Counted from the whole stretch's first letter, positions 38,168-52,177 are shown. The stretch is DNA of 63,090 nt, filler included, from Rhabdomonas costata (GCA_019059605.1; 44 parts of 44 records of this genome joined end to end with filler, not necessarily neighbours in it); one strand, 5' to 3'. Numbers and translations: made by a program. Notes: a model not told the origin generated them from the sequence alone.

Positions 38168-40414
38168 CTTGGAAAGGAAAGGGCGTGACCGCATGGTACG
38201 GGATCCATAACTGAACAGAAACCAACCGCAGCATACGATACATCCTGCACTTGGTTGCAGTATTTGGGGCTTTCAATCAAGGAGGAGGAGTTGGAGGGTT
38301 CCAGGGGACAACAAGAACTCCTTTCGGTTCAAGATCTGCCCAACCCCCGCATTTCAACATTGGATACGCACCATTCGCGCAGTAAGTAGCGTTCGCTACT
38401 CAGGGGGCCAAGGCAGGGCTGAAGGCGCGAAACAGACAAACGCCTTTTCTCGGGTGGCAACCAGACACACCACATAGTTTTTTCACAAACGAGAGGAAAG
38501 GTTCTGGTGTACCCACAAGGAAGTGGGCATGAGGAAAGTCTTCCGATTCCAGGCGATTACAGGGTGGTCGCAAGTTCCGTTTCATTTTCTTTAACTAAAA
38601 GCACTTTAGGTCAGGAAAGCGTGAAAAAAAAGGGCCGGAAAGCACGCACCGGTTGGAGGCGGAGCCTGTGCGTCAACACCCAACNNNNNNNNNNNNNNNN
38701 NNNNNNNNNNNNNNNNNNNNNNNNNNNNTTAATTAATTAANNNNNNNNNNNNNNNNNNNNNNNNNNNNNNNNNNNNNNNNNNNNTTGTTTTGGTGGTCCG
38801 TGTGGGGGCCCACCTTCACTGCAGGGGGGAATCCCCCAAGGCCCACCACCCCACCCATCAAAATCACTCCGCGATAGCCCTGCTTGATCGCCGAAATGTA
38901 AGCCGTCATCGCGCTCTAAAAGAAAGAATACAGACGCTGCGCTTGGGCAAGGGGCACAGGGGTCGGAGGACGACACTCTTGCATCGATTGGAAAGAGTCC
39001 AAAAGTACGGAGCAAGAGTGGCTTGGCTCGTATCTTCACACGCACACACGCCCCCGCTATTCATTCCGTGAGGTCTTATTAACGCGCCGCTAAAAAAGCA
39101 GCATGGGAGGAGGAAGGGACGAAGCAGACAGGCCAGCAGGACGGCGGGTTCCAACCCTTAATCAGGGACTACATTATGAACGAACACGCACACTGTGCCA
39201 CAATGGTTAGTGATGGGCAGATTGAGCTACTGCATCCACTGCCCCCAACCCTGATATTAGGTGGTGTTTTTAGAAATAATCGCGCTTTCTCCGACAGAAA
39301 TCGACAAGCGTTCACAAACACCCCGATTTTTTCACTGTGGAGAAATGCGCAGTGTCCGCGCAAATCAAGTCACCCTGCTACTTCTTCTCCTTCTGGTGCG
39401 TGCGTGTGTGTGTGTGTCTGGTGTGCGTGCAGTGCAGTGCAGTGCGCTATGGAACCCCCTACACAAACGAAAGCAAATACTTAGGTGCGCAGAATACAAT
39501 CGTGGGAAGGGGGGGTCAAGCACCGAGTTGTAGGTTCGGGTACAGAGCCGTCGGCAGTGCACGGGAACCAGCACAGGGACCTCTGCCAGAACACCCCCAG
39601 AGCCACACAGCCACTCCGTGAACCTGAAGTGCGCACAACAACAACAGCACAAACCCAAACATCCCTGATTCACGATCAAACACAAATACACACACAACAC
39701 ACACAAACAGGCGGGATGTGTGTTTGTACCATTCCTCTATGTGACTGTGCAGAGTCCTTCGACGGCACGCACTCAATCCCATCAGCATCCACCCCCAGGC
39801 AACCTCAATGACATCGGCAGTCATTACAGGACACCTCAAACGGACTGTACGGCACCGGAAGTTTTCTCAGGAGAATCGATAGAGTTATAAAATTTGGGGA
39901 AGGCTAATGGTGAGAGCACGTGGGAGCGGGCGGGAAAGGAGCGGAGATGGGAAACATAAGTGCGGCAGAAATCTCCTCAACGTAAACCGCTGAAAACCAG
40001 CAGAAAAAGGCACAGGTTGTATCGCTTTCTACCCCATACACACGAAAACTAACCGACGCTTCTTTGGGTATAAATTGCATGGGTTTGTCGAGATTTCGGT
40101 TGGGAACATCACAAAAAAAANNNNNNNNNNNNNNNNNNNNNNNNNNNNNNNNNNNNNNNNNNNNTTAATTAATTAANNNNNNNNNNNNNNNNNNNNNNNN
40201 NNNNNNNNNNNNNNNNNNNNTGTGTTGTGGATCAGCAGCGCAGGCATTCGAAGAAAGAGTCGGGTTCTCAGAGCTCCGAGATGAGCGAGATGAGGTGTGC
40301 GAAGTGCGGGGTCAGGGGATTAGGGATTAGCAGGAACAAAGAAATAGGAGAGAGGAAGCGAGCGAGCGAGCGAGCGAGCGAGAGAGAGAGAGAGAGAGAG
40401 AATGCGGTGCTAAC

Positions 40415-41154
40415 CAGACTTAAGGTGAGGGCCTCAATGTAGCCCGCTTGGGCGAGTTCTTGGCGAACCATCAGGGTAAGCTTACCCAGGGGATCCTGCA
40501 CGGAAATAGAACCCCTGAATCCGCGTTCAACAGGGATGGGAAAAAAGGTAAATAGGCGAGAACTAAAAAAAATGCGATGCAAAAAATACAAAAAAAAATG
40601 CAAAAACATGCATTTCAAGCCAAAAATTTGCCCGGGTCCATTTTGTCCACAACACGTTAACTCCACAGAAAAAATGGATGGCAAAAGATGCAGCGGATCG
40701 TGGCCACCCAAGGGGTACCCACTTTGGTGCATTGCCCTTTTTATAGTGGAGGCTTCGCCAGGAGCCCTAAAACCACTGTCATTCCACAAAAACGAGTGCA
40801 AACGGCAACAACAAGTGTAAAGGCTGAAGTACAGAAAAAACCGAAGGGAGAAAAAGTCGATCAGCAGCGATGCAGCTCCGCGGAGTTTCAGCGGAATTAG
40901 GTCGAATTTCATTAAACGCCACTGCTTCTATCCCTACGAGAGGCTGTCTTCGCTGCCATACCAGCTCGTAAAAAAATACAATAAATATCGAAAGGGTGGT
41001 GGGAAACCCACTTCATCCCCAGCCCACCTAAACGGGGAAGGATTCGAGGTCACCTGTCGGCCCGCAGAGATAGTTTTCGGCGCCTCTTTCGTGATGTTGT
41101 CATAGCCATACGCAATAGCGACGTCCTCCATGATATCGCACTGGTGAAGAATAT
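40415..41154 (-). CDS. FARSB: Cytosolic phenylalanyl-tRNA synthetase beta subunit, 2 exons, partial
   Basis: Exon 41154-41054 DILHQCDIMEDVAIAYGYDNI...GRQ; exon 40495-40415 DPLGKLTLMVRQELAQAGYIEALTLSL. Confidence 0.93.
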
Positions 41155-41773
41155 CTGGGCAAGAGAGAAGAAAACACCTTATATCTATGGTCAACATGTC
41201 AGGACCAAAAGGGCCAATCCGCCTCTCTCTTGGGCTCGATATCTAACTCGTCTCGACTGGAAGGCGCGTTTCAACGTGGGATCTCTTGACGCCGAGGCCA
41301 AACGCAGGGGGCCCGATCCGCCAAAGGTCGTGAGTAAATAGATTCAACTGAAATTGATGCAAGGCTGTGTCCTTTAGAAAGATCCCAAACAGGCGAGCTA
41401 CTGAGCTACTGAGGCAAGTTACATCGCACAAACATACACAAACACGAACAAACAGACACAACTGTCCCTAAGTCAAAGAATAAAGTTTCTCCCTCAAAAC
41501 AAAACCAACTCTCAAAAGCAGTTGCTCGATTTCGTTGGCAAAGGGCAACCACAACCCNNNNNNNNNNNNNNNNNNNNNNNNNNNNNNNNNNNNNNNNNNN
41601 NTTAATTAATTAANNNNNNNNNNNNNNNNNNNNNNNNNNNNNNNNNNNNNNNNNNNNGGTTGGTGGGTTGCCTTGGCGGGCATATATGACATGGCCTCGT
41701 TCAGTGGGGAAACTCAAGATGACGGCTGAGAAAGGTAAAACACACACACACACACACACAAACACACAAACAC

Positions 41774-41968
41774 CACGACAAAGGCGTTCAACAGGACGAG
41801 CACCCCGGTGAGCATGTAGTACTCGTAGTTCTGAGGACTCCATTGCAGCAGCAGCGTGAGGTTCAGCATGGTGGCCAGCAGGCCCAGGGTTACAATGTCC
41901 AGGAGGTTGTACACGATGTCGGAGTAAGGTGACAGCACGGCGTTCACAATCAGCGCAAGGGTAAGAGC
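41774..41968 (-). CDS. Exon of a multi-pass membrane protein
   Basis: cacag|ALTLALIVNAVLSPYSDIVYNLLDIVTLGLLATMLNLTLLL...MLTGVLVLLNAFVV|gtg; PY....N.L motif between hydrophobic helices. Confidence 0.65.
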
Positions 41969-43672
41969 CTGTGAAATGGCGGGAAAGCAATGATCGCAAA
42001 AGGGGGAAGGCCGAGGCCATGTAAAGGCATATCCAACAGATCAATCTGCGGTTTTCGGTTCCACCGGCGGCAAGGCTGAAGTCAACTGACGGGCAGCATT
42101 GCATGGCAGGCAATTGCTTACGAAGGTGCGTGTTGTTGGGTGCAGGCGTTTGTCTTCTTGCTGCGGTTTTCCGTGGTCATTTCCGTGCGGAAAGGACTAT
42201 GTGTGAAGTGTACGCGTGTTATGTGTCCCACATTGTGTGGGACGCCTGTGAGCTGCGTCTGGAACCCTGATCCTGCGTGTGCCAGGGGGGGGGGGGGGGT
42301 AAGGGGCGGAAGAGTGCTTCTTTCTGTCTCCACGAAAAGCCCGTCATGGGAAAAAAAAAGCGATGCACACTGCACCGGGATTAATGGGGGACTTACAGGG
42401 GGAGCACAAGCAAAAGCATTGCGTCTCTCCGATTTGAGTCGCCGTTACTCTGGGTATCCTTCTTTTGGGATGTTTTGGCCGACAAGCCGTACGGGGGACA
42501 ATTTATCTATTTCTGCGATATCCTTTGAAATGTCCGAGTCCACATCGAAACGTGGGCAAGCGCCGCCTTGGCAACCAACGCCTGTGCGTGTGGCGGCAGA
42601 GATGATGCAACACTACACATTCCCGAGCACAACGCTCTGTTGATTGGCTAATTTTGGCTGGTCTTGAGTAGTTTCCAGGAGCATACCCACATCGCAAAAA
42701 AGATTTGCAGCATCTCGTCGCCGATGAAGTAGCCGATACAGATGATCCACGTCTTGCGGGCCAAGATTGTGACCTCCCAGAACCAGTACTCATCCCTGAG
42801 ATGATCCCCAGTCCGCGCGAAACCAAACTAACATCAGTGTGTGGTAGCGGAACGGGGGATCGAAAACCCAAACACTATTTTATCGTCCATATTTACCTTT
42901 CCTCCTGTGTGAACATTTCTGTTTGCATTTGAGCCAACTTCGCTACTCCTCTTTGCATCTTTGCTGTCCTCTGCCCCGCGTCACCCCAACAAANNNNNNN
43001 NNNNNNNNNNNNNNNNNNNNNNNNNNNNNNNNNNNNNTTAATTAATTAANNNNNNNNNNNNNNNNNNNNNNNNNNNNNNNNNNNNNNNNNNNNTTTTGTT
43101 CTGTTACGGCACATGGGACGCACAGTGGTGTGTCGGAACCTGACTTCCCAGTGCGCTCCGTGGGGTCGAGCACCCTTGGCTGACAACCCGTGCGCCGGAA
43201 TTCGACAGCAAGCGGTGACCAATATCCAGTCAGGCAACAGCACGCTATGCGCCCAACACACACACACCTCTTAGTTTTGGTGAGGCAAGGGCAAGGCGCT
43301 ATTTAATTTGAAGCAAAAGTTGACACTGTAGAGAGGTAGTGCTACCGGAAGATCACGCAAATCAACCACAGGTGGTGCGTCCCCCTCACCCTCAAAGCAG
43401 TGGTTTCTTCATCGGTGGGGGTGCCAGAATTCTACAACAGAGGCCACCGTAATAACTACTGCCACTGGACACTGTGTCAGCCCAAGCTGATACATGGCAG
43501 TGCGCTTATCACGAGCAATGAGTCCTTCCTAGAATGCCCAGTTGCGAGGTGCCGTGGTTTATTGCTTAGGCTCTGTAGCTAATGAAAATATAGTGGTTAC
43601 AACAACAGTACTGAATAATGTGCTCAGGAGGCGCCGTCGTCGCGGATAAGGCCGTGGGAGGCTGAGCTCTCC

Positions 43673-43813
43673 ATGGCGGAGTCGCCGCCGCGCGAGGGCG
43701 AGGAGGAGGAGGAGGGCGGAGGCGAGAATGTGGAGCGCCCGTGGAAGCGGCAGAGGGCAGAGCCCCTTCCGCCAACTCTTGAGCCTGCCGGGGCCACTGC
43801 CGGGGAACTGCAG
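43673..43813 (+). CDS. Probable first exon of a hypothetical protein (acidic tract, NLS-like PWKRQR)
   Basis: ccATGG start, MAESPPREGEEEEEGGGENVERPWKRQRAE...ELQ|GTACG. Confidence 0.55.
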
Positions 43814-45587
43814 GTACGCCAATCCGTGGCCCAACCTGACATGTACCCACCCATGGCCCTTCCCCTTGATGCTCATCCTTTTGGTCACGATGTGCCCTGG
43901 TAATGCCCATGCTTTTTGTATGACATCAAAGTGGAATCCAAAGCTGCCCCTTTTGGATTTCCAGGTAGACCCGACTAGATGCAGCGGTGCCAGGAATTGT
44001 TTTGCACGGCCAGTGACCTTCCGTGTAGATCGCGGCTGATCTTCGTACACCATACACATTGATTTAGAAGGGTATGCTTTTTTGAACGCAACGGAGGTAG
44101 GAAACGCCCCTTGCCTTTTGGCAGGGCAGCTGTAGTATTAGTATCCATGGGAGGTTTGCTTTATTAAACTAACATCTTCTTTTGTTGATCTACCTCTGTT
44201 TGCTTTCGCACAATGACCGGGAGTGCAGCACAAATCAAATAGAAATCTGTGGCATTTTTCAATGAAACACTCCGGTAGTATTCTGCATCGCTCGCATGAC
44301 GTGACGTCTCGCCTCTGTCACGGGCTTGCACTTCTGATGCGCCTCTCAGCCGCCCTCATCGCCTATGGAAGACGTGGTGGCTGTCCCCACGGAGCAGCTG
44401 TCACCACCCCCCCCAAACACACCCACCACNNNNNNNNNNNNNNNNNNNNNNNNNNNNNNNNNNNNNNNNNNNNTTAATTAATTAANNNNNNNNNNNNNNN
44501 NNNNNNNNNNNNNNNNNNNNNNNNNNNNNACGCGCAAGCGAAGACCATAGGTGGACGCGGATCTCAAAGCCGTGGGGCCCGGGGGCCGGGGCCGCGCGGG
44601 ACCAGAGGCACTTGGAATGGAAGGATGGAGGGGATGGTTGGGCGCTAAAGATGGTTGAAAGAGGCAATACGGGCAATCCTTGACCGTGATGGTATACCAA
44701 TCATTCATTCATGCATATCCACAACCGCCAGCCACAAGGACCCCAGCCCTGTATCGCCTAACTCCACCACAAAAATAAAATGTCACCAATATTTAACTTT
44801 CTCCGCGGCACGTTGTGAGTAGTGTTCACAATGCAGGGAGGGGAACAAAACACCAACCCTGCCATAAAAGCCCATCCTCATCCGATGGAGCATTCATGCG
44901 CAAAATGTCAACCACGGGTGAAGCCGGAAGCGCATAAGTGGGAAGCATCAGAGTAGGATGGCTGCCTAGGTTGCCCGATTAATCTGGAAACCCACAGAGA
45001 TACCCCCCTCCCCCCTCACCGTACCTCGAGGGTAGTGCTGATCGCTACAGTGGGCATCAAATGGGATGCGAGAAAACCGCGAGATGTCCTTGGTCTCCTG
45101 ACAAAACCCAAATTTCCCCACCCATCAGCAAAAAGAAAACACAAATAAGGCGTTTCCATTGCACACGCAGAACACCTTTTTTCAATTTCTATTTCTTTCA
45201 AATTCTGAACAATCGTTACCAACACTTCCTGAAGAAAAAGCTGAAGCTGAAGTTCGCTATTTTCAAACGTATAATATAAAGTAATTTTTACTTAATGCTC
45301 TGCTCAATTTCAACGTAACTCAGTTTTCAAACATATAAGGAACTTTGCAACGATTGTACGACAGGGGAATGTTTGACAAATCGCAGGCAAAGCAGGTCAC
45401 CGTCAATCTGGAAACAACTTTTATACTGTTAGCGGTGTAATCGGCTCAAAACGCGCTGAAGACAGGACACGAGTAAGAGGAGAACGCCCCTACTCAAGAG
45501 TGCTCTTGGCTCAAGACACGCAGGCAGCCACAACCACCAATCCGACCAAACTGTCGTCACGGACATACAACCATGCACGCGCGCGAG

Positions 45588-45595
<8 letters not shown>

Positions 45596-45630
<35 letters not shown>
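45596..45630. repeat. (CA)n microsatellite
   Basis: Uninterrupted CA run preceded by a short GC run. Confidence 0.95.
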
Positions 45631-45632
<2 letters not shown>

Positions 45633-46207
45633 TGTGCACTTGGCCGGGACGACTTTTTTCTGGGGAAGACTCGCGTTTCTCTTCCCCCCCGGGCTCCCCA
45701 CCCTCGATGGGGCATGGGCCCATCGGGCCTCACCCCCTTCTCGCCTCGCTGCCTCACGTTGCTCTCTCCTGCACAGTGTTCGTGTCCCCCTCGGGACGTA
45801 TGAACGTGGGTGTACGCGGGGTCTTGGGAACCCCGACTGGCTCGTTTAGAGTACTCTTCAGGGGCGCACAACACCCNNNNNNNNNNNNNNNNNNNNNNNN
45901 NNNNNNNNNNNNNNNNNNNNTTAATTAATTAANNNNNNNNNNNNNNNNNNNNNNNNNNNNNNNNNNNNNNNNNNNNTTTTTGGGTTCTTTCGATCTTTTG
46001 TCTTCTGTGAAGTCATTATTCTTCCCTTCTTGATAAAATTGCCTGTTCTGGTGCTTAACCCGCCATCCGCTGCGTGATTCATGTGTGAATGTGCCAATGA
46101 TGCACCCGTGCCTTGGAAACCTCACTTCAGGAGTAAGCACGTGGCAGAGACGTGGCAGAGAGACGGAAGGGCTGTCATGCCGTGGCTTTCGCGGGGTCGT
46201 GGTGGGC

Positions 46208-47285
46208 CTCCAGGGTGTTGCCCCACTCTAGGGACAGGAAGTCCTCCCCAGCCGCCGTGGCGGAAAGGTCAATGGAGGCCATTGTGGTGACTTCGAAGGA
46301 GGGACCCCACATCCCCCACCACTGCCCTGAGAAGCCCATCGACGGAGCGATAGGAACGGATCCCAACGCTGACATGGCTCAGAACACAGTGTTCTGTTCC
46401 GCAACGTGACGCTCAATGGCTGCGAACTCGGGACTTAGGGGTGCAGGTGACCGGAAATGAACTGGTAACCGGCGATGGTAATAAACTCTTAAAACGATAT
46501 ATATGCTTCTTCAAAATTGTCATCAGCAGCAGCAGCTGTATAAAGAACAAAAGCCAAAAACATCAACGGCCAGCAAATACATTCACACGAATGCATCAGA
46601 CGAACCCTCGTATTGTACTCTCATGGAAATGGTGTAGGCCGTGCCTTCGCTGAGGTTGGCAATGGTGTACTTGGTGGGCATCTGCAGAGAGAGCGAGAGA
46701 GAGAAAGGGTTAACAGAAAAGTGGGAGTGAGACAAGGTACAGGCCCCTTTGGCGACACCAACGACCTGAAAAGATGGGGGCTGCTACACCAGCGTTTGGA
46801 CACTTCACGCGCCCAGTAATCACTGCGTCAGCAGACGGTAAATACTCCTCTAAACCTTTATACCAAAAGAGCTTCCTATCGCTCAGGGTACTGTGGCTAC
46901 TACACTGAGATAGAGCTCCACAAGTCAATCAAACCGCACACCTTACCGCCCTATCGCTAATCTCGGACAACACAAACAGCACCCAATGCAACTCCTTTCG
47001 CGGGAAATATGGTACCACTTGCGACTATTCTGAAGGTGAGGCAGGCGTCTGGGTTTCGGGCTACCAGTCTACACCACAGGACGAATTACCAAGCGGTGCT
47101 GCCCACCAAAGCGCAAACCAGATGCGGAAGCGAGATACAAGGGAGACCTGAGCGGAGGCAGGACAGGTCAGCTCGTCGACCAGCTCGTCGTCCTTGGCCG
47201 ACTCCGCGGTGAACCGAAACTGCACTTTGGTGACCCGCCCCAGTGGAGCCTCAGGTGGGCCTCGCATCACTGCCCGAGTGGAGGC
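46208..47285 (-). CDS. Fibronectin type III repeat protein, 3 exons, partial
   Basis: Exons 47285-47148, 46681-46606 and 46326-46208 splice in frame: ...MPTKYTIANLSEGTAYTISMRVQYEGQWWGMWGPSFEVTTMASIDLSATAAGEDFLSLEW. Confidence 0.8.
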
Positions 47286-50200
47286 CTGTAACCAACAAAG
47301 ATACCAACCCCCNNNNNNNNNNNNNNNNNNNNNNNNNNNNNNNNNNNNNNNNNNNNTTAATTAATTAANNNNNNNNNNNNNNNNNNNNNNNNNNNNNNNN
47401 NNNNNNNNNNNNTTTGTGTGGTTCAGTATCGTTTGTCATGTGAGGGAAGTCCTCGAAGAGGTTCCCATCAGCGCCGCGAAGAAATGGAAGGATCCCCGCG
47501 CCTCCATAGTCTGACAGCCGGGTCTTCGCAAAGTCGATTGCGTGATTTTTAGCATCATCAGCCATTTCCAAGAGGTTCGGAAAGAAGGGAGCAAAAAGCT
47601 GTCAATGCTCAGAAGAAAGCACCGCATCACATCGTTCCAGTAATTTTTGCACAATCTTCGCCATATCCGCTTGATGCGAAGGATACAGCACCCTTACCGG
47701 GAAAAGGGATTGTGATAAATATGAGCAATGCGAGGGCAATACGAGAACAATACGTCTGAGTACACGCGTATGTGTTAGCATCAAAATTTTAGGTGACAAC
47801 ATTTGCAGGATAAATCATCGCTCCCCTCACTCACTCCAAGAAAAAATGACAAAGCTACAAATACCAGAGCAAAAACTCCTGTGATCACCCAGGACCAAGG
47901 TACGTCTTCTGGTCAGAGGTTGTTCCACACACAGCAGCACCAGAAATTTCTCAATTGTCCGCCCAATGTGGTGGATTAAATCAATTTAGACAAAAAAAAT
48001 TAGCTCATTTTTTGATCTAATCATGATTAAACCAACATTTCTGATTTTCATTTTTGGAAGGCAGGATTACCCCTCGGGGCACGGGAAAGTTACCAATGTC
48101 AGCCTAGCCCGACAGCACCTCATTGAGGACAAAGTCGAAGCAGGCCAGGGGTCATTTGTATATAGCAGGCTCTCCCGAAGCGCTGCGTGGCCAGAACTTG
48201 GGATCAGAAGTTTTGGGAATTTTTTCGCTCGGTTAGTTGTGGTGCTCACTGGCGGCTCTTCGTATACCTTGTGCACCGATTCCCGCCATACATACAGAAC
48301 ATCGTACAGAACAGGGTTTACAACACCCTCCCGAGCAAACAGGAAAAGAAAGTACTAGATCGAAGGATTTTTCACTCTTTTTCCCCCACCTAAAATTTTT
48401 TATTGCCACTTTCCCAAGCTATTTTCAGGTGTTTGGGGGTATTTTCACACCTTCCTTCATTCCACCTGATTTTTCCCACTCGAAAAAATAAGCAAAAGGA
48501 CAAAAAAACGAAAATTACGCAACAAAATGCAGTGTAATTTCGTCGTGACGATTCGTTATTGAGGGGGCAGATGATTTGAAGAACCGCCCCGACTTCGATC
48601 CCCATGTGTGGTTTTCACTGGCGGTTCACTTTCGGGGCTCTTCCTTTGCTCCAACTCGGTACTTCTGTTAATTTTTCGGCTCCTGAGAGTGAGAGGCAGT
48701 CAAACGCGGTTTTGCTGGAAGGCACACCCATTACCGTAAAGGTAAGAANNNNNNNNNNNNNNNNNNNNNNNNNNNNNNNNNNNNNNNNNNNNTTAATTAA
48801 TTAANNNNNNNNNNNNNNNNNNNNNNNNNNNNNNNNNNNNNNNNNNNNGGTTTTGGGGAGAGATAGGGTGGATGGACACAGCGGCAAACAGACGCCACAT
48901 TTTATAAGAGAACACGACTCCACCCTCCTCACACATTATGCTGAAAAAGCAGACTTCCTTTCTGTGAGTTGTCAAACGACTGCTCTGACGTCTTCTCTTA
49001 TAAAATGTGGCGTCTGTTTGCCGCTGTGTCCATCCACCCTATCTCTCCCCGAAACTTTCCATCACCGTCCTTTCCGCTTCGCATCTTCTTCAACTGTTCT
49101 CCTGTCAGCCCATACGTGTGCAATTTTGCTTCAACAATTGGTACCCGGTTATTGCGGGCATGCCCTGCAGCCACTGTGCTTTTCTATTCAAAAACATCCT
49201 CAGTCAAGGAGAATATAAGCAAAAAAAAATATCAGCCTTCTCTTCGGGTTCCTTGACAAATGTTTCCCCATCTCATTGGCATTTTCACAATCTTCCCACT
49301 CCTGCATCGCATTTACCCATTCCCTCTCCCCTTCGTTATAATATGTGCTGCCATCACCATTACACTGTATTCTTATACCAGTTCTTCCAGTTGCGTTCTC
49401 CGGTTTCATTTGCTCTCTGGAAATCGAGCACGGAGGCTTTTATTGCAGTTGGATCGTCTCTAACAAGGGCAGGTGGAAGATGACTTAGGAAGGCACAAGC
49501 AATGTGAGCACACAAAAAGTGGTTGAGGAGGGAGGCTCCTACCTGCTTCAGGCATGCAAGAACTACCGCCGTGGTGCGAATCGGGCAGAACGCCTCGCCG
49601 TCGGGGATGCCCTTCAGCCCAAAACGCACGGCGAAGGAGCCCACAAAGTTTTCCAACGCGGCAGAGCGGCGATTTCCGGACTCCTGCTGGAAGACAAGGG
49701 TGCACACTGCGCCATCCTCGGAGTACTGCAGAGCCATCCCAAGGGGTAGCTCACGATCTCACGATAGGCTTGCAATGAGAGGGGGGGAGCCCGCGAAGAG
49801 GCGAATCGGCAAAAGGGAAAGCAAATGGAAAAGAAGCTGTTTAAAGCCCTTGCACCCTGCAAGGAGAGAAGAAGAGGCGCTAAAATCAAAAGGACAAAAC
49901 AAAAGGGAAGGGGATTTATTTGACTTCCCTAATCGCATTATTTCACGAGCTGGACTCAGCCAGTATAATCATGATGTGGGTAAAGCGGCGAGGCTAAAGG
50001 AGCGAGGAGGGGGGGCGTTTAGTGAAAAGGGGCACAATTCAACGCGGGGCAAGCACGATGGCTATTTCCCCATCTTCCCACATCATCCATTTACGTGCGC
50101 GAAGCAAAGCAAGTAGCCCTACAAGGGAACCAGCGGGAAAAAAACAGCACACCTTAACGACTGTCCACAGTACCACCACCCCANNNNNNNNNNNNNNNNN

Positions 50201-50510
50201 NNNNNNNNNNNNNNNNNNNNNNNNNNNTTAATTAATTAANNNNNNNNNNNNNNNNNNNNNNNNNNNNNNNNNNNNNNNNNNNNGTTGTGGGTGATGATTG
50301 GATGACTTGTATGTTCGTGTTTGAAGCCAGGGAGATATAATGATTCCAACAATTTGACTGCCTTGATGAGTGTTTTTGTGGTTTTGCAGTCAGTGTGTGT
50401 CGAGTACTGGGTATCTGTTCTCTTCTCTGTCCATTTTGCTTCACCAACTAAGGGCAGTGTTAATTTTTTCCCACCTGGGCACCTCTCTCTCTCGTGGGGT
50501 TCTGGTGCAG

Positions 50511-50631
50511 GAGCTGTTTATTGCTGAGCTGACCGCCTCCGGGGCCCAGATAGTGGCACAGGAGAAGAAGAAAGTTGTGCAGCACGCCCACATCGCAGCG
50601 GCGGCGCGGCAGAACTACCCCTTTCTGGACG
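50511..50631 (+). CDS. Histone-fold protein exon (NF-YC/DRAP1/POLE4-CHRAC type)
   Basis: tgcag|ELFIAELTASGAQIVAQEKKKVVQHAHIAAAARQNYPFLD matches helix 2 to alpha-C of H2A-like histone folds. Confidence 0.7.
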
Positions 50632-51991
50632 GCACGAGCTCCCACCCCACCCCATCCTATCCCACTCCAATGCGAGCTGCATCTTGTGCAACTTCGGACC
50701 GCGGTTCCTTCCTTTTCTTGGGCTGTCTTTCCAGCCTTCCGAAATCGGCATCAGGCAGTCCTCTGTGTTCAGGTAGCCGACCGGGTTAGTATTTGGACCC
50801 AGAGTCCGACGTGGACGAGCCCGCTGGGTCGGCACTCGCTTCGTCGGCACCAAGGCACACCAACCCCGGAAACCGGAGCTCCTCCCAGCCCACCGAGAGG
50901 TTGAGGCGCCCACAATTTCGGGGACTTTGCATATTAGTGTTTGGTTGCTTTGGCTATTTTTTGGTTTCTGTCTTTTTGACTTGGAACAGTCTTTGTGACT
51001 TTGCTCAGAGGTATTTCCTGCGGCCACGTCGGCCCCTTCGTCCTCCTCAGTGCGCTCTGTGACGGACTTCTTCCGGAAACCCTAGCACTGCCGAGTGAAC
51101 CGCCATGCCTGCACCAGTCGCGTGTTATTGTGTGACCCCAGGCCATTGCCGCGGTCCCGCCGTGGGGGCATCATCATACCGGGCCATCAGCGGCAGCATC
51201 CTCGCCGTGGGCTTCAAGTTATTTTCAACGACTTTGCCAGTGTGCAGTGACTGGTCGCCACTCTTAATCACAACCTCTGCGGGCGATCGAACCTGTTGTA
51301 ATTTGTAAAATGCCCATGCCTTCATTTTTGGCAAAAGTGAACTGAATTGAATGGATTTTATTTTGGGAAATTTATTGCTCACAACATATTCTCAGCCGCT
51401 CTGCAAGAATCCGAAAATCTGTGCAAAACGAACTCGAGTTACCGAAAGTTTCCGTGGTTCCCGAACGTTTTTGAGGCAGAGTACAATGACATTGACTCAT
51501 TCCGTAGCACCCGACCCACCACGGACACCCCTGGGGGGCAAATGTCAGGTTGATCTCGAGGAAAAGAAGAAAGTTGAGAACCGCGAACTGGAGGCGAGGT
51601 ACACAAAAAACCCAACACANNNNNNNNNNNNNNNNNNNNNNNNNNNNNNNNNNNNNNNNNNNNTTAATTAATTAANNNNNNNNNNNNNNNNNNNNNNNNN
51701 NNNNNNNNNNNNNNNNNNNTTTTTTGGGGTTCATGCCCATCCTTTTCCTTTGACATTTCCTCCAGCATCCACCGATCTGTGACCCGCTTTCCTTTTCGAA
51801 ACTGAAAGATTTGAACCATTGGTGCCGACACAACTGTCCCTAAGTCAAAATAGAATACCATTGATGCCGCCAATGGAGCCCCAATCCCTCAATCTCTCTC
51901 GAGCGTTCGTCTCATCCCCTCCCGACATGGGATTCATTTCTTTCTACTGCGCCCTCCACACACACATACGCCCACATGCCCTCCTCCGTAG

Positions 51992-52177
51992 GACTACGCC
52001 CCGAAGGTTTTCGCGACCATCCGGGCGCTGTGCGGGTTTGACCGCGAGCGGTACAGCAACTGCTGGGTGGTGCCCACGGAGAAGATCAGCTTCACCCTGG
52101 GCGCGGGGCGCAGCGGGAGCTTCTTCTGCTTCAGCCGCGACTCCAGCTTCATCCTCAAGACCATCCCCCGCGAGGAG
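51992..52177 (+). CDS. Phosphatidylinositol phosphate kinase (PIP5K family) exon
   Basis: Frame not in the ORF track: cgtag|DYAPKVFATIRALCGFDRERY...GAGRSGSFFCFSRDSSFILKTIPREE|gtc. Confidence 0.92.

Noticed and set aside
48855-49050. ~58-bp perfect inverted repeat (pre-miRNA or MITE-like)
   Set aside because: Left arm starts at the contig edge with no mismatches; fold-back artefact most likely
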